This document shows positions 36,703 through 46,543 of a DNA stretch of 64,000 nt, piece after piece. Origin of the DNA: a virus (Duplodnaviria; Caudoviricetes); the IMG/VR virus record IMGVR_UViG_3300027747_002427; one strand, given 5' to 3'. The notes beneath the pieces were generated by a model, which had not been told where the DNA came from, searched no databases, and was given only the letters and a program-made list of their open reading frames with translations. Each line of letters starts with the position of its first letter. Within the stretch, counting starts at the first letter, position 1. A program made the position numbers and the translations under genes.

Positions 36703-39114
36703 ATGTCTACTCTAACCTTAGCATCACCTGGTGTACAAATCAATGAAGTCGATCTTAGTCTTTTGGCTAGAACTACTGGAGCAACAAACATCTTAGTCAC
36801 GGGATTTGCCGATAAGGGTCCTACCGATGAAGTTGTAAACGTAGGAAGCTTAACTGAATATGAAGAAGTATTCGGTTCTCCTACAACCGGTGCAGAAAGA
36901 TATCTTTATCAATCTGCAAAACAAATTTTAACACAATCTAATGGTAATCTTTTAGTTTCAAGAGTACCTTACGGATCAGGCACAGGAGCAGGATTTTCAA
37001 ATACATACAGTGCTTTAGTATATCCTATTACATCAAATAATAATTCTAGTTTTGCTACTTCAACAAGCTATACAATATTAGCTCCTAAGTCAGTTCTCTT
37101 GACCGAAGATCAATACAATTCTATATTAGCTGGTGATGTTACATGGAGTTCTTCTAATAGTTTCTTAACAAGTTCTACAAATGTCGTAGCGGCTAGTACA
37201 ACACCGTTTAGTACAATTTCCAGTGTCTATTTTAGTGATGACATTAATGTAAGTCCGTTCAATGGTGTACGCCCACAAGATATTATTCAATACCCTTGGA
37301 GTAGTGGTGCTTATCGTGTATCATTCTATACAAGAAGTTACAATTCATCTTTAAGTGCATTCGGAGCTTATAATCCTAGAGAAGTAACAGATTTTTCAAC
37401 CATTGGCAATGCCGGATTGGTTGTATTAAACCCTTCTAAGCTTTCAGTTAATAATCTTTTTGAAGGTTATTATATAGGTATCGCTGATAATTCCAATAAT
37501 AACCCAGCTTCAGATTTCACATCTATCACTGGTATCAGAGCAGCTCAGTCTGTTAATGGTACATATCAATCATTTGTGACTGTTCCAAATTCAAGATTGA
37601 ATTTCAATCTTCAAACTCCATTTACTTCAACAGAAACTAGTATTTCTGAAATTGTAGAGAAGTTCCCAGTTGGTTACGATTTCAGTTCACAATCATTTAA
37701 TGATTGCTTAACTTTGGTGGTGTTTAAGATTCGTTCTTCTATATATTCTCAAGACACTGTATCATTGGATTATGTAACTCAAGAAGGTTACACAGGTTCA
37801 TTATATGGAGACAGAACACAAAATAATGCCAACGGTGGATCACCAGTTACTTTTGCATTAGAAAATGTTGCAAATCAACGTTCCAATAACATCAAAGTAT
37901 TGGTAAACCCAAATATTTCAAGAGCACCAGAATGGATTGGTGATGATGGTATACCACAAAAGTCTGTAAGAGTAGCAGATGCCGCTAAGAATTTATATTC
38001 AGAGGGTGTTTATATTTCAAACACAAATTCAGTATCTAAAGACGTAGGAAATATACCTTTAAAGCTACAACGTATCTTAAACAATGTTGATACATTAGAC
38101 ATTCCTTTAGACGTAACAGCAGAAGCTGGATTAGGAACCATATGGGCAAGTGCCAAGGCTCGTCACGCTGATGTGAATTATGGTAACAATTTAGATTCTA
38201 ACCCTTATCTCTATGATGAATATTATAACTTAAACATCTCAGATCTTAAGAAACAAACAGATGGTTATACATCACAAGTTGCATTAGATTATAATACTGT
38301 AGCATCTCAGTTTGTAAGTTTTGCAGAAAACACTCGTAAAGATCATGTGTTTATTGCAGATCCTTTAAAGGCTATCTTCATTTCAGGAAATGATATCAAG
38401 ACTTCCAAGCTCAAAGGTTATGTATTCTCATCTGATGTGTATTGGGCTATCAAGAATCTTTATGCTTCTTCAGTTTCTAGTTACACTGCAGTTTATGGTA
38501 ACTGGGTCAAGGTTAATGACGTAGCAGCCGACAAGCAAGTGTGGGTACCAGCTTCTGGTTATGCCGCGACAGTATTTGCTCAAAGCGCAGCAACATCATT
38601 CCCATGGTCCGCTCCTGCTGGATTCAATCGTGGTGCATTAACAAATGTACTTGATTTAGCAATCAATCCTACACAGAAGCATCGAGATCTTCTCTATAGA
38701 ATCAACATTAACCCTATTGCCTACTTCCCTGGTGATGGTTATGTGATCTATGGACAAAAGACACTCTTCACAAAGCCATCTGCTTTTGATAGAATCAATG
38801 TTCGTAGATTGTTCTTGACTTTAGAAAAATCAACACAACAGGTTCTTAAGTACTTCGTATTTGAACCAAATACATTTACAACAAGAACACGTCTTGTAAA
38901 CACACTCAACCCAATCTTCAATCAAGCCAAGAACAACAATGGCTTATATGATTTCAAGATTGTTTGTGACGAGCGTAACAATACACCTGACGTAATTGAT
39001 CAAAATCAATTGAAGGTTTCAATTTATATCCAACCAGTAAGAACCGCTGAATTCATCTTAGCAGACTTCATTGCAACACAAACTGGAGTCAACTTTAATG
39101 AATTAATTGGTTAA
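36703..39114 (+). CDS. gp18: Contractile tail sheath protein
   Basis: SPGVQINEVDLS; WSAPAGFNRG; YGQKT; FDRINVRRLF; FEPN; CDERNNT; IQPVRTAEFI. Confidence 0.95.
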   Translation: MSTLTLASPGVQINEVDLSLLARTTGATNILVTGFADKGPTDEVVNVGSLTEYEEVFGSPTTGAERYLYQSAKQILTQSNGNLLVSRVPYGSGTGAGFSNTYSALVYPITSNNNSSFATSTSYTILAPKSVLLTEDQYNSILAGDVTWSSSNSFLTSSTNVVAASTTPFSTISSVYFSDDINVSPFNGVRPQDIIQYPWSSGAYRVSFYTRSYNSSLSAFGAYNPREVTDFSTIGNAGLVVLNPSKLSVNNLFEGYYIGIADNSNNNPASDFTSITGIRAAQSVNGTYQSFVTVPNSRLNFNLQTPFTSTETSISEIVEKFPVGYDFSSQSFNDCLTLVVFKIRSSIYSQDTVSLDYVTQEGYTGSLYGDRTQNNANGGSPVTFALENVANQRSNNIKVLVNPNISRAPEWIGDDGIPQKSVRVADAAKNLYSEGVYISNTNSVSKDVGNIPLKLQRILNNVDTLDIPLDVTAEAGLGTIWASAKARHADVNYGNNLDSNPYLYDEYYNLNISDLKKQTDGYTSQVALDYNTVASQFVSFAENTRKDHVFIADPLKAIFISGNDIKTSKLKGYVFSSDVYWAIKNLYASSVSSYTAVYGNWVKVNDVAADKQVWVPASGYAATVFAQSAATSFPWSAPAGFNRGALTNVLDLAINPTQKHRDLLYRININPIAYFPGDGYVIYGQKTLFTKPSAFDRINVRRLFLTLEKSTQQVLKYFVFEPNTFTTRTRLVNTLNPIFNQAKNNNGLYDFKIVCDERNNTPDVIDQNQLKVSIYIQPVRTAEFILADFIATQTGVNFNELIG

Positions 39115-39134
39115 TATAAGGATAAATATATCAT

Positions 39135-39695
39135 ATGCCTAATCTATTCGAAAACCAAGCAATTAATAATTTCTATGATGTAGCGTTGCAAAGAGATTTT
39201 GCACGTACAAACCTTTTCAGAGTTTTAAACATTAACTCAGGAGCAACCAACGTTAACTTTGGTCCCGAGGATTTGGTTTATGTTACTACTACAACATTAC
39301 CTCAACGTTCCATCAACAACGTTCCAGTTCCTTTCATGGGATTAAATTTCAATGTTCCTGGAACTGTAAAGTATCCAAACAGTGAAGCATGGAATGTAAC
39401 ATTCAGAATGCCACAAGATCTTGGAATAAGACAAAAATTAGAACAATGGTCAAGAGGTACATTCGATGAACAAGGTATTACAGGTAGTTCTGGAGCTTAT
39501 AATTTAGGTGACACTGGTTCTGTAGAATTAGCTCTTATGGGTAAAGGTGGTCAACCAATTGCTAATTATACTCTATACGGTGCTTATTGTGCTACTATCG
39601 GAGAATATGCTTTAGACATTCAAGCTTCCGGAGAAATAGTAACTCAAGCAGCTACTATTGCTTACAGTTACTGGTCTAGCAGTTTAGCTATCTAA
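39135..39695 (+). CDS. gp19: Tail tube protein
   Basis: ARTNLFRV, TTLPQRSI..VPVPFMG, WNVTF, YTLYGAY; follows sheath. Confidence 0.85.
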   Translation: MPNLFENQAINNFYDVALQRDFARTNLFRVLNINSGATNVNFGPEDLVYVTTTTLPQRSINNVPVPFMGLNFNVPGTVKYPNSEAWNVTFRMPQDLGIRQKLEQWSRGTFDEQGITGSSGAYNLGDTGSVELALMGKGGQPIANYTLYGAYCATIGEYALDIQASGEIVTQAATIAYSYWSSSLAI

Positions 39696-39723
39696 TTAAA
39701 ATATATCTGGATAAGTATTCTAT

Positions 39724-40590
39724 ATGGCCAGTAGTGCTTATGAATCCTTTTTCCAGATTTTAGGTGACTGGGGTTCCAGTATACCATTAGAAAGTCAATG
39801 GTTTGTTCATTTTGATTTACAAGGTGTACCAGCTTTAAAGGGTAATGTAGGAGCTGCAATTAAGGTTTTTGATTCAGCTCCGGATTGGAATATTACTTCT
39901 AATATTACATCTCAGTTAAAAAAAGATCTATATAATCCTCCAAAAGAAAAATTAATGGGTTGCGTTTTTGCTAGACAAGTCTCTTTACCCGGAGAAACTA
40001 TCAATACAAGTAATAACGATCTTAAATATGGAGGATATTTAGGACCAGTCACTTCTTCTAATAGAGAAAGTTATAATAAATTAAGTATAACTTTTAATGA
40101 AACTAATGCATCTTTTGTAGATTTCATTATGAGACCCTGGCTTATATTAGTGGGTTATAATGGGTTGATTGCAAGAGCAACTGGTTCTGCTAAAAATGTG
40201 AAATGCCCAGCAGTTGATGTTGTGTACCTAGGCAAAACTGGAGCAAAAAAACCTATGACTATGCGTAAAATAATAACATTTTATAATGTTGCACCGGTTA
40301 GTATAGAAGATTCACAGAACACTTATGCAGCTGATGGATTATCTTATAATAAAGTCGATTTTGTTTTTGACTATTACAGTGTCAGTGAAGGAAAATCTGG
40401 TGATTTTTTCTCAAATAATGTAGCTCAACCAGCAGTTGCTTCTACGACTCCTAATACCACAAGATCCCTTAATAATGGAACAAATGGAAATTCTGATAAC
40501 GGTACTTCTGGATCTATACCTGGGTCTTCAATACCCACTATAACGGTGAAAACACCTAGCTATAAAACAGATAACCCCACTCCACAATAG
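39724..40590 (+). CDS. Tube-fold baseplate/tube initiator (gp54-like)
   Basis: FARQVSLPGE, LSITF.ET, ITFYNVAPVSI. Confidence 0.6.
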   Translation: MASSAYESFFQILGDWGSSIPLESQWFVHFDLQGVPALKGNVGAAIKVFDSAPDWNITSNITSQLKKDLYNPPKEKLMGCVFARQVSLPGETINTSNNDLKYGGYLGPVTSSNRESYNKLSITFNETNASFVDFIMRPWLILVGYNGLIARATGSAKNVKCPAVDVVYLGKTGAKKPMTMRKIITFYNVAPVSIEDSQNTYAADGLSYNKVDFVFDYYSVSEGKSGDFFSNNVAQPAVASTTPNTTRSLNNGTNGNSDNGTSGSIPGSSIPTITVKTPSYKTDNPTPQ

Positions 40591-40624
40591 TGGATATATA
40601 GAAGAATATTAATAAATTATATTA

Positions 40625-41593
40625 ATGTCTTATTATCTACACAATGTAGAAATGCCTTTTTGTGGTAAAAATATTTCTTTTAGAGAAATAAAAAGTATTG
40701 AACAATTAGCTATATCAAAAGCTAATTTAGCAATGCCTTCTGGTAATAATGAACCTGTATTATACAATGATTTTTTAAAAAATATAATTTTTCAATGTGT
40801 AGAAAATCAAGAAGTATTGAAAGAATTAAACATTATTGAATATATTCTTTTTGCTACGAAATTAAGAATGGTTTGTTTTGGTTCTAGTTTAGAACTTCAA
40901 CAAAATTTAGAAGAGTCTGAACAAAAAGACGTTAAAAAAATTAAAATAAATGTAGATTTACAAACATTTATAAAAAATTTATATGAAGCGTCCAAACATA
41001 TAAGTTCAATTTCTATTAATATTCAAAACATAGAAGTATTTTTAAATTGGCCTAATCATAAAGACCAAAATTATTTTTTTAAAATAGATAATTCAGAAAT
41101 AAATTCTACATTGTCTTCTTTATGTCTTTTTATTAAAAAAATAAAAATCATAGATCAAATTATTAATATGTGGGATTTCTCATTAGAAGAAAGGGAGAAT
41201 ATTTTTAATAATCTTCCTCTTTCTATTAGAACAAAAATTCAAAATGAAATAATTAAAGTATTACGCAATCAAACTTCTTCGGATTTATTTGGTATAAAAC
41301 AATTAAATGATTACAAATTTAGTTTTTATAGTACAACATATTTAGAACTTTTAAAATTGTTTTATTCCTTTGATTTAAAAGAAATATACAAAGAATATTA
41401 TGTATTAGCCCAAAGACATATACAACCTTCGTATATAAATGAAATTACTACTATAGAGCGCAAGCTTTATTTGTCTATAATACAAGAAGAAAAAGTGAGT
41501 AGAAGTTCTCCCGGTGATACAGGAGGTGTTACCCCACCAGAAACTACATTAGAAGATTTGGCTCGTGAATTTGGGGATCATTTGCCTAATTAA
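40625..41593 (+). CDS. Baseplate hub assembly chaperone (gp26/gp51-like)
   Basis: ISFREIKSIEQ, IERKLYL; position. Confidence 0.5.
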   Translation: MSYYLHNVEMPFCGKNISFREIKSIEQLAISKANLAMPSGNNEPVLYNDFLKNIIFQCVENQEVLKELNIIEYILFATKLRMVCFGSSLELQQNLEESEQKDVKKIKINVDLQTFIKNLYEASKHISSISINIQNIEVFLNWPNHKDQNYFFKIDNSEINSTLSSLCLFIKKIKIIDQIINMWDFSLEERENIFNNLPLSIRTKIQNEIIKVLRNQTSSDLFGIKQLNDYKFSFYSTTYLELLKLFYSFDLKEIYKEYYVLAQRHIQPSYINEITTIERKLYLSIIQEEKVSRSSPGDTGGVTPPETTLEDLAREFGDHLPN

Positions 41594-41598
41594 ATTAT

Positions 41599-42423
41599 AT
41601 GTCAGAAGATATAGTAGAATCAGCTCCAGTTACTTTGTCGTTTAAAGATGCTCTCAATGCATTAGAAACTCTTACAAAAGATACTTTTATAAGTGAAGTA
41701 TGGGTACCTTCTTTAAAAAGAAATATTACTATTAAAGAAATTAATGCAAAGCAGCAAAAGGAATTATTAGAATCAGCTATAGATTCTTCAGTTTATAAAT
41801 CATCGTTTTCCAAGACATTTTATGACATTTTGATATCTAATGCTTCAGAGCCTAAAGAGACTTTGGACGCACTTAATTTAGCGGATAAAATAGCGATATC
41901 ACTGGCTTTAAGAAGCCAAATATCTCCTACAGTAAAGGTAGAATTTACCGAAACTTTAAGCGAAGATGTTTCTTTAAAAACTATTTCAGATAAAATACAA
42001 AAGTATTCTATCCCTGATCCAGTTTCTTTTGAAATAGTCAAAAACGGGATATCTATATCTGTAACAGCAGCTTTGCCTAGTATTGTTTCTGATGTACAAT
42101 TCGATGCTTTTTTATTAAAAAATAAACGAAAGACAGATAATATAGAAGAAGTAAAATCAATTATAACAGAAGCTTTCCTAACAGAGGTTTCAAAATATAT
42201 TAAGTCTCTTTCTATAGATTCACAAGATTTAAATTATTCATCTTTTTCAGTTCATCAAAAGATTCAATTTGTAGAAAAATTACCAGCCACAATAATTCAA
42301 CAAATATTGGATATTGTTACAAAATGGAAAAAAGAACTAGAGAGTCTGTTAGAAACAACATCTTCAAACGGTGAAAATACAAAAATATTAGACATTGATA
42401 GTATTTTATTTTTAACCAATTAA
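41599..42423 (+). CDS. Second gp26-like baseplate chaperone
   Basis: VWVPSLKRNITIKEINAKQQKELL, DKIAI.LALR. Confidence 0.55.
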   Translation: MSEDIVESAPVTLSFKDALNALETLTKDTFISEVWVPSLKRNITIKEINAKQQKELLESAIDSSVYKSSFSKTFYDILISNASEPKETLDALNLADKIAISLALRSQISPTVKVEFTETLSEDVSLKTISDKIQKYSIPDPVSFEIVKNGISISVTAALPSIVSDVQFDAFLLKNKRKTDNIEEVKSIITEAFLTEVSKYIKSLSIDSQDLNYSSFSVHQKIQFVEKLPATIIQQILDIVTKWKKELESLLETTSSNGENTKILDIDSILFLTN

Positions 42424-42460
42424 GCTTTGTCAATTAGGGTATATAGTCTAAGTATTCTAT

Positions 42461-44743
42461 ATGCCCCCAGAGGTCTTAGAAAAAATATTAGCTAAATTAG
42501 ACCAAGTAGATCCCATATCTAAGGAAGATCTGCTTAATGCCCTTTTGGGTAAAGAAAATTCTTCTTTAGATATAAGCAGAGAAATAAAAAAAGTTATTTC
42601 TAATATAGATGCTTTAGCTGAATTAGAAATAGAAAGAACCTTTCAAAAAGTTAATGGAAAATTGCCAGGTGATTTAGCAAAAATTTTATCCAAATTAGAT
42701 CAATCTTTAGATTCTCAATCTAAAAAAATTATAGAAGATTTAGTTAATAAAGAAACGCCAAAAACAGAATCTACTTTACCAAAAGAAGAAATCAAGCCAA
42801 GAGAAGTAGAACCAATTTTACCAAGAGAAGAAGTTAGACCAACGGAAATTAGACCACAAGAATTTGAAATAACTTTATCTAAACGTTCTGTTAACGATCT
42901 TAAAAAGTTATTTGGAGGAATGTTAAATGATTCTTTTAAAAATTTAGAAAAGGTTACTGTAGATGAAAACAAAAAATTAAAAGACGGTTTCTCTGGTATA
43001 TCCAAATCAATTAGTGACAGAGGTCCTATGTTTGATTTATTTGGCTTAGGTACATTAGGTAGAATGTTAAAACCAATTGGAATGGGTATATTGGCAGCTG
43101 TTACAAGTCTTTCTCTTTTAATGGGAGCCTTTGGGAAAGATTTAACATCTGTAATAGATAGAATATTTGGTACCAATCTTTCCCTAATTACAAGAGTAGT
43201 TGAAAAACTAACACCTGGAATACCTTCTCAGGCTTATGATTTTCTTACAAAATGGTCATCAAGATTTTTTGCTTCTAGAGCATTTGGTGAGACAACAATA
43301 TCTAAAGCCGGTGAAAATTTAAAAAGAGTACCTGCATTGGGAGGTTTATTAAGTAGCACTATAGGACCTTTATGGAGAGGTACTATGAGTGCTCTTACTG
43401 GAAAAAATTATGTAGCTCCTGAAAGTAAAACCGGTATTAAGGCCATGGAAGGAGCTGCAAAATTAGCAGAAGAACAAAAAGTGGCTAATGCTGCTCAAAA
43501 GGCAATTTATGATAAAGAAAAAGCTGCATTAATGAGAGGTCAAGGGTTTAGACAAGGTCTTACAGAAGCTCAAGCTATTGAAAAATTGGCAGCAGAAGGC
43601 ATAAGTGAAACTGCTCCTACCATTGCAAAAGGAGCTGGGAAGGCTAGTGGATGGTTGGCTAAAATATTAACAAAATTTGGTATTGGTGCATCTGAAAGAC
43701 TTTTGACCAAAATACCATTTGGTGTTGGTGCTTTGTTTGGTTTAGGATTTGGTGCTGAAAGAATAATGAGAGGTGATTATGTAAGTGGTATACTACAAAT
43801 TGCATCAGGAATTGCTTCTATTTTTCCTTTTGCCGGAACAGCTATAAGTTTAGCTTTAGACGTTTTAGATATTGGTCTAGCGGTAGCTGCACCGGAATTT
43901 AAAAAGAGTGCCAATAAATTTTTATGGCAAAATGGTCTTAAATATTTTCCATTATTTAACTTTTTCAGGTATTTAGGATATCATATAGATAGTGGTAGAC
44001 CTTGGTTAGCGGTATTTGATTTTTTAAGATTAGTACCTGGAACCGCAAGTATAGCAAATACATTTGAAACCTTTTTGACATCTGATATAGAAAAACAAAC
44101 AGATGCTGGGAAACCTATTAGTTTTTCAAAACTAGGTCAAATGGTACGCAAAAATCTTTGGAAATCTATATCCCCTTATATACCTGAAATGTGGGGGTTA
44201 AAAAAATGGTTTGCCGAAGCAACGGGATTATCTGATGAGACTATTTCAGAAGGAGAACCATCTACTTTAACAAAACCAGAAGGTTCTCCTTACAAACCTT
44301 TTCCAACCCCTTCAAAAAATACATACCAAAAAAGTCCAAAAGATGAAGTATCTTGGAGTGAATTACATAAAGGAGAACATTTTATATCTGAAGGAAGAGG
44401 TAAAGGAAAATGGGTAAAAGACCTTCAATATAGTTTACAAGAAGGACCAAAAGGATTTTCTGCTGACGAAGAATTTAACAAAGTTAAACTCCCTTCTGCT
44501 TTAGAAGATTCCTCTGATATGAAAAATTATATGACAACTCTTAATACAACTTTATTTAATTTAACTAATAGTTTTAAAGATTTTAGTCAAAATTATAAAG
44601 GATCAGAAGAGTCTCCTTCAATAGTAAGTATAAACAGTTCTACCCAGAACAATGGAGGTGGTTTAAATTATTTAATGGGTGGAAGGGATCCTACATTTGA
44701 ATATAGAACTTTGGTTGGTATTGCTTTAAATCGAGGAGATTAA
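42461..44743 (+). CDS. Tape-measure/baseplate hub-like protein
   Basis: 760 aa; G/A-rich hydrophobic helices (GDYVSGILQIASGIASIFPFAGTAISLALD). Confidence 0.55.
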   Translation: MPPEVLEKILAKLDQVDPISKEDLLNALLGKENSSLDISREIKKVISNIDALAELEIERTFQKVNGKLPGDLAKILSKLDQSLDSQSKKIIEDLVNKETPKTESTLPKEEIKPREVEPILPREEVRPTEIRPQEFEITLSKRSVNDLKKLFGGMLNDSFKNLEKVTVDENKKLKDGFSGISKSISDRGPMFDLFGLGTLGRMLKPIGMGILAAVTSLSLLMGAFGKDLTSVIDRIFGTNLSLITRVVEKLTPGIPSQAYDFLTKWSSRFFASRAFGETTISKAGENLKRVPALGGLLSSTIGPLWRGTMSALTGKNYVAPESKTGIKAMEGAAKLAEEQKVANAAQKAIYDKEKAALMRGQGFRQGLTEAQAIEKLAAEGISETAPTIAKGAGKASGWLAKILTKFGIGASERLLTKIPFGVGALFGLGFGAERIMRGDYVSGILQIASGIASIFPFAGTAISLALDVLDIGLAVAAPEFKKSANKFLWQNGLKYFPLFNFFRYLGYHIDSGRPWLAVFDFLRLVPGTASIANTFETFLTSDIEKQTDAGKPISFSKLGQMVRKNLWKSISPYIPEMWGLKKWFAEATGLSDETISEGEPSTLTKPEGSPYKPFPTPSKNTYQKSPKDEVSWSELHKGEHFISEGRGKGKWVKDLQYSLQEGPKGFSADEEFNKVKLPSALEDSSDMKNYMTTLNTTLFNLTNSFKDFSQNYKGSEESPSIVSINSSTQNNGGGLNYLMGGRDPTFEYRTLVGIALNRGD

Positions 44744-44746
44744 TAT

Positions 44747-45757
44747 ATGGCAAATTTTAATTTTTTTACAATATCTGAAGTCAATACTCAATATGGAAAA
44801 ATAGCAGTTTCATATCCAGTTGCTAGCAAATCTGGAGAAGGGAATGGTATAATAGATGTTCATGGTTTATTAAGATGGTCTAATAGGGGTAATATTGATG
44901 AAGTACCAGCTTTATTATTGACAGAATATAGTTTAGACTTTAGTAGATGGGCGTCCAATATAGCAGCTATAACAGCAGCTTTAGAACAAGCAGATAAAGA
45001 AGGCAAAGCTGATCCATATTTAAAATTATATAAAGGTAAAGAAACTGATTTTAAATATATTCTACCTTATCTAATTAAACCCGGTGATCCAATTAGAGGT
45101 ACTATAACTAATGATTGGACAGATTTAGACACAGCTGGTGCTGTGAGTAGTCTTTTAGGCGGAACTGCTGGGGATATATTGAAGAAAATGGGAACAGCAT
45201 TAATTGCTGGAGGCGGACAATTTTCAGCTGGATTCGGAACAGAACCTTTAAAGACTTTTAAAAGTACTGGAGATAATAAAATTGTTATATCATTTCCTCT
45301 TTATAATACATATTCAATTAAGGAAGCTAGGGATAATTTTAGTTTTGTAAATTTATTAGCTTTTCAAAATTTAAAAACCAGAACTAGTTTTGTATCTTAT
45401 CTTCCACCAAAAATTTATAAAGTAGAAGGTACTGGAGTTGGTAGTGTTTATATGGCTGCTGCTTATATAAGTGAATTAAGAATAGATTCTATAGGAACTA
45501 CAAGAACTATTACAGATATTGGGGCATCTAATTCAACTGTTTTAATACCAGAAGCTTATAAAATAACTATAACTCTTACAGATCTTTTGACCCAATCTTC
45601 AAATGTAATGTGGAGTGCCTTAGAAGGAAATTCTGTGCAAGTTATAGAACCGGCCAATAATAATGCTCAAAACGGTGGCGGTCAAAACGGTGGCGGTCAA
45701 AACGGTGGCGGTCAAAACGGCAAACCACCAGTAACTGTACCAGAAGATCATAATTAA
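44747..45757 (+). CDS. Baseplate tube-cap/initiator (gp48-like)
   Basis: ISFPLYNT, YLPPKIY, AAYISELRI, YKITITLTDL. Confidence 0.55.
   Translation: MANFNFFTISEVNTQYGKIAVSYPVASKSGEGNGIIDVHGLLRWSNRGNIDEVPALLLTEYSLDFSRWASNIAAITAALEQADKEGKADPYLKLYKGKETDFKYILPYLIKPGDPIRGTITNDWTDLDTAGAVSSLLGGTAGDILKKMGTALIAGGGQFSAGFGTEPLKTFKSTGDNKIVISFPLYNTYSIKEARDNFSFVNLLAFQNLKTRTSFVSYLPPKIYKVEGTGVGSVYMAAAYISELRIDSIGTTRTITDIGASNSTVLIPEAYKITITLTDLLTQSSNVMWSALEGNSVQVIEPANNNAQNGGGQNGGGQNGGGQNGKPPVTVPEDHN
45668..45720 (+). repeat. Perfect 15-nt tandem repeat, about 3.5 copies
   Basis: (CAAAACGGTGGCGGT)3 + CAAAACGG, encoding (QNGGG)3. Confidence 0.95.
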
Positions 45758-45764
45758 ATAACCC

Positions 45765-46124
45765 ATGAACAGAAGTGAAATAATAAATTTACCAAAAATT
45801 TCTTTATATAGTTTTGAGAATTTACTCAATGTATATACAGATATGGATACAAATTATAATTTTTATAATTTATTAAGAGCTATTAATGTAGTCCCTACTA
45901 ATAGTAGTTTAGCAGAGGATCAATATATAACTACTTTTACAGATACTTGGGTTTCTATTTCTTATAAACATTACAATACTATGGATTTATGGTGGTTAGT
46001 TTGTGCTTATAATCAAATATCTAATGCAGCAAAAAAACCAGAACCTGGAACCATTTTAAAATTATTAAAATCAGAATATGTGGGTGTTGTTCTAGCCGAA
46101 TTAAAAAAACAAATTAGTAAATAA
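45765..46124 (+). CDS. Baseplate wedge gp53/LysM-like protein
   Basis: DTWVSISYKHYNTMDLWWLVCAYNQI...PEPG. Confidence 0.7.
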   Translation: MNRSEIINLPKISLYSFENLLNVYTDMDTNYNFYNLLRAINVVPTNSSLAEDQYITTFTDTWVSISYKHYNTMDLWWLVCAYNQISNAAKKPEPGTILKLLKSEYVGVVLAELKKQISK

Positions 46125-46524
46125 ATTCTTTAATATCAAAAAAGAATCTAACAATTATAAAATTTTCAGCCATCTCATGAAGACAATAACAATACATTTT
46201 ATTGTTAATTAAAAAATAATAAGAATCAAATAATACGTCATCAAATACACTTAATTCAAAATCAATATCTGGATTATCACCCAAAAATTTTTCTACTTCT
46301 CCTTCTTTTATATTTTGAGTAGCATCACTATTTTCTAATTTTTCAATGTTTCTTTTTACAACCATCCAAGTTCCTTTTTCATAAGAACAATTTAATAAGA
46401 AAATTGGATATTTGCTTTGAAGGTTAAAAACTTTACCAGCGGATAAAAAAGAAAATTTTGAGGGGGTCTCTTCCAAGACAGAGAGATAATCACTCGGGTT
46501 ATACCCTTTCTTTTTAGATTTCAC
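46114..46524 (-). CDS. Hypothetical protein (GTG start)
   Basis: TATAAATA 7 nt upstream on the minus strand; the longer ORF-track start overlaps terminase. Confidence 0.45.
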   Translation of the reverse strand: MKSKKKGYNPSDYLSVLEETPSKFSFLSAGKVFNLQSKYPIFLLNCSYEKGTWMVVKRNIEKLENSDATQNIKEGEVEKFLGDNPDIDFELSVFDDVLFDSYYFLINNKMYCYCLHEMAENFIIVRFFFDIKEFIY

Positions 46525-46527
46525 CTC

Positions 46528-46537
46528 TAAATATTTA
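46528..46537. promoter_or_regulatory. Palindromic TAAATATTTA, candidate divergent late promoter
   Basis: Self-complementary 10-mer between terminase ATG 46544 and minus-strand GTG 46524. Confidence 0.45.
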
Positions 46538-46543
46538 TAATAA

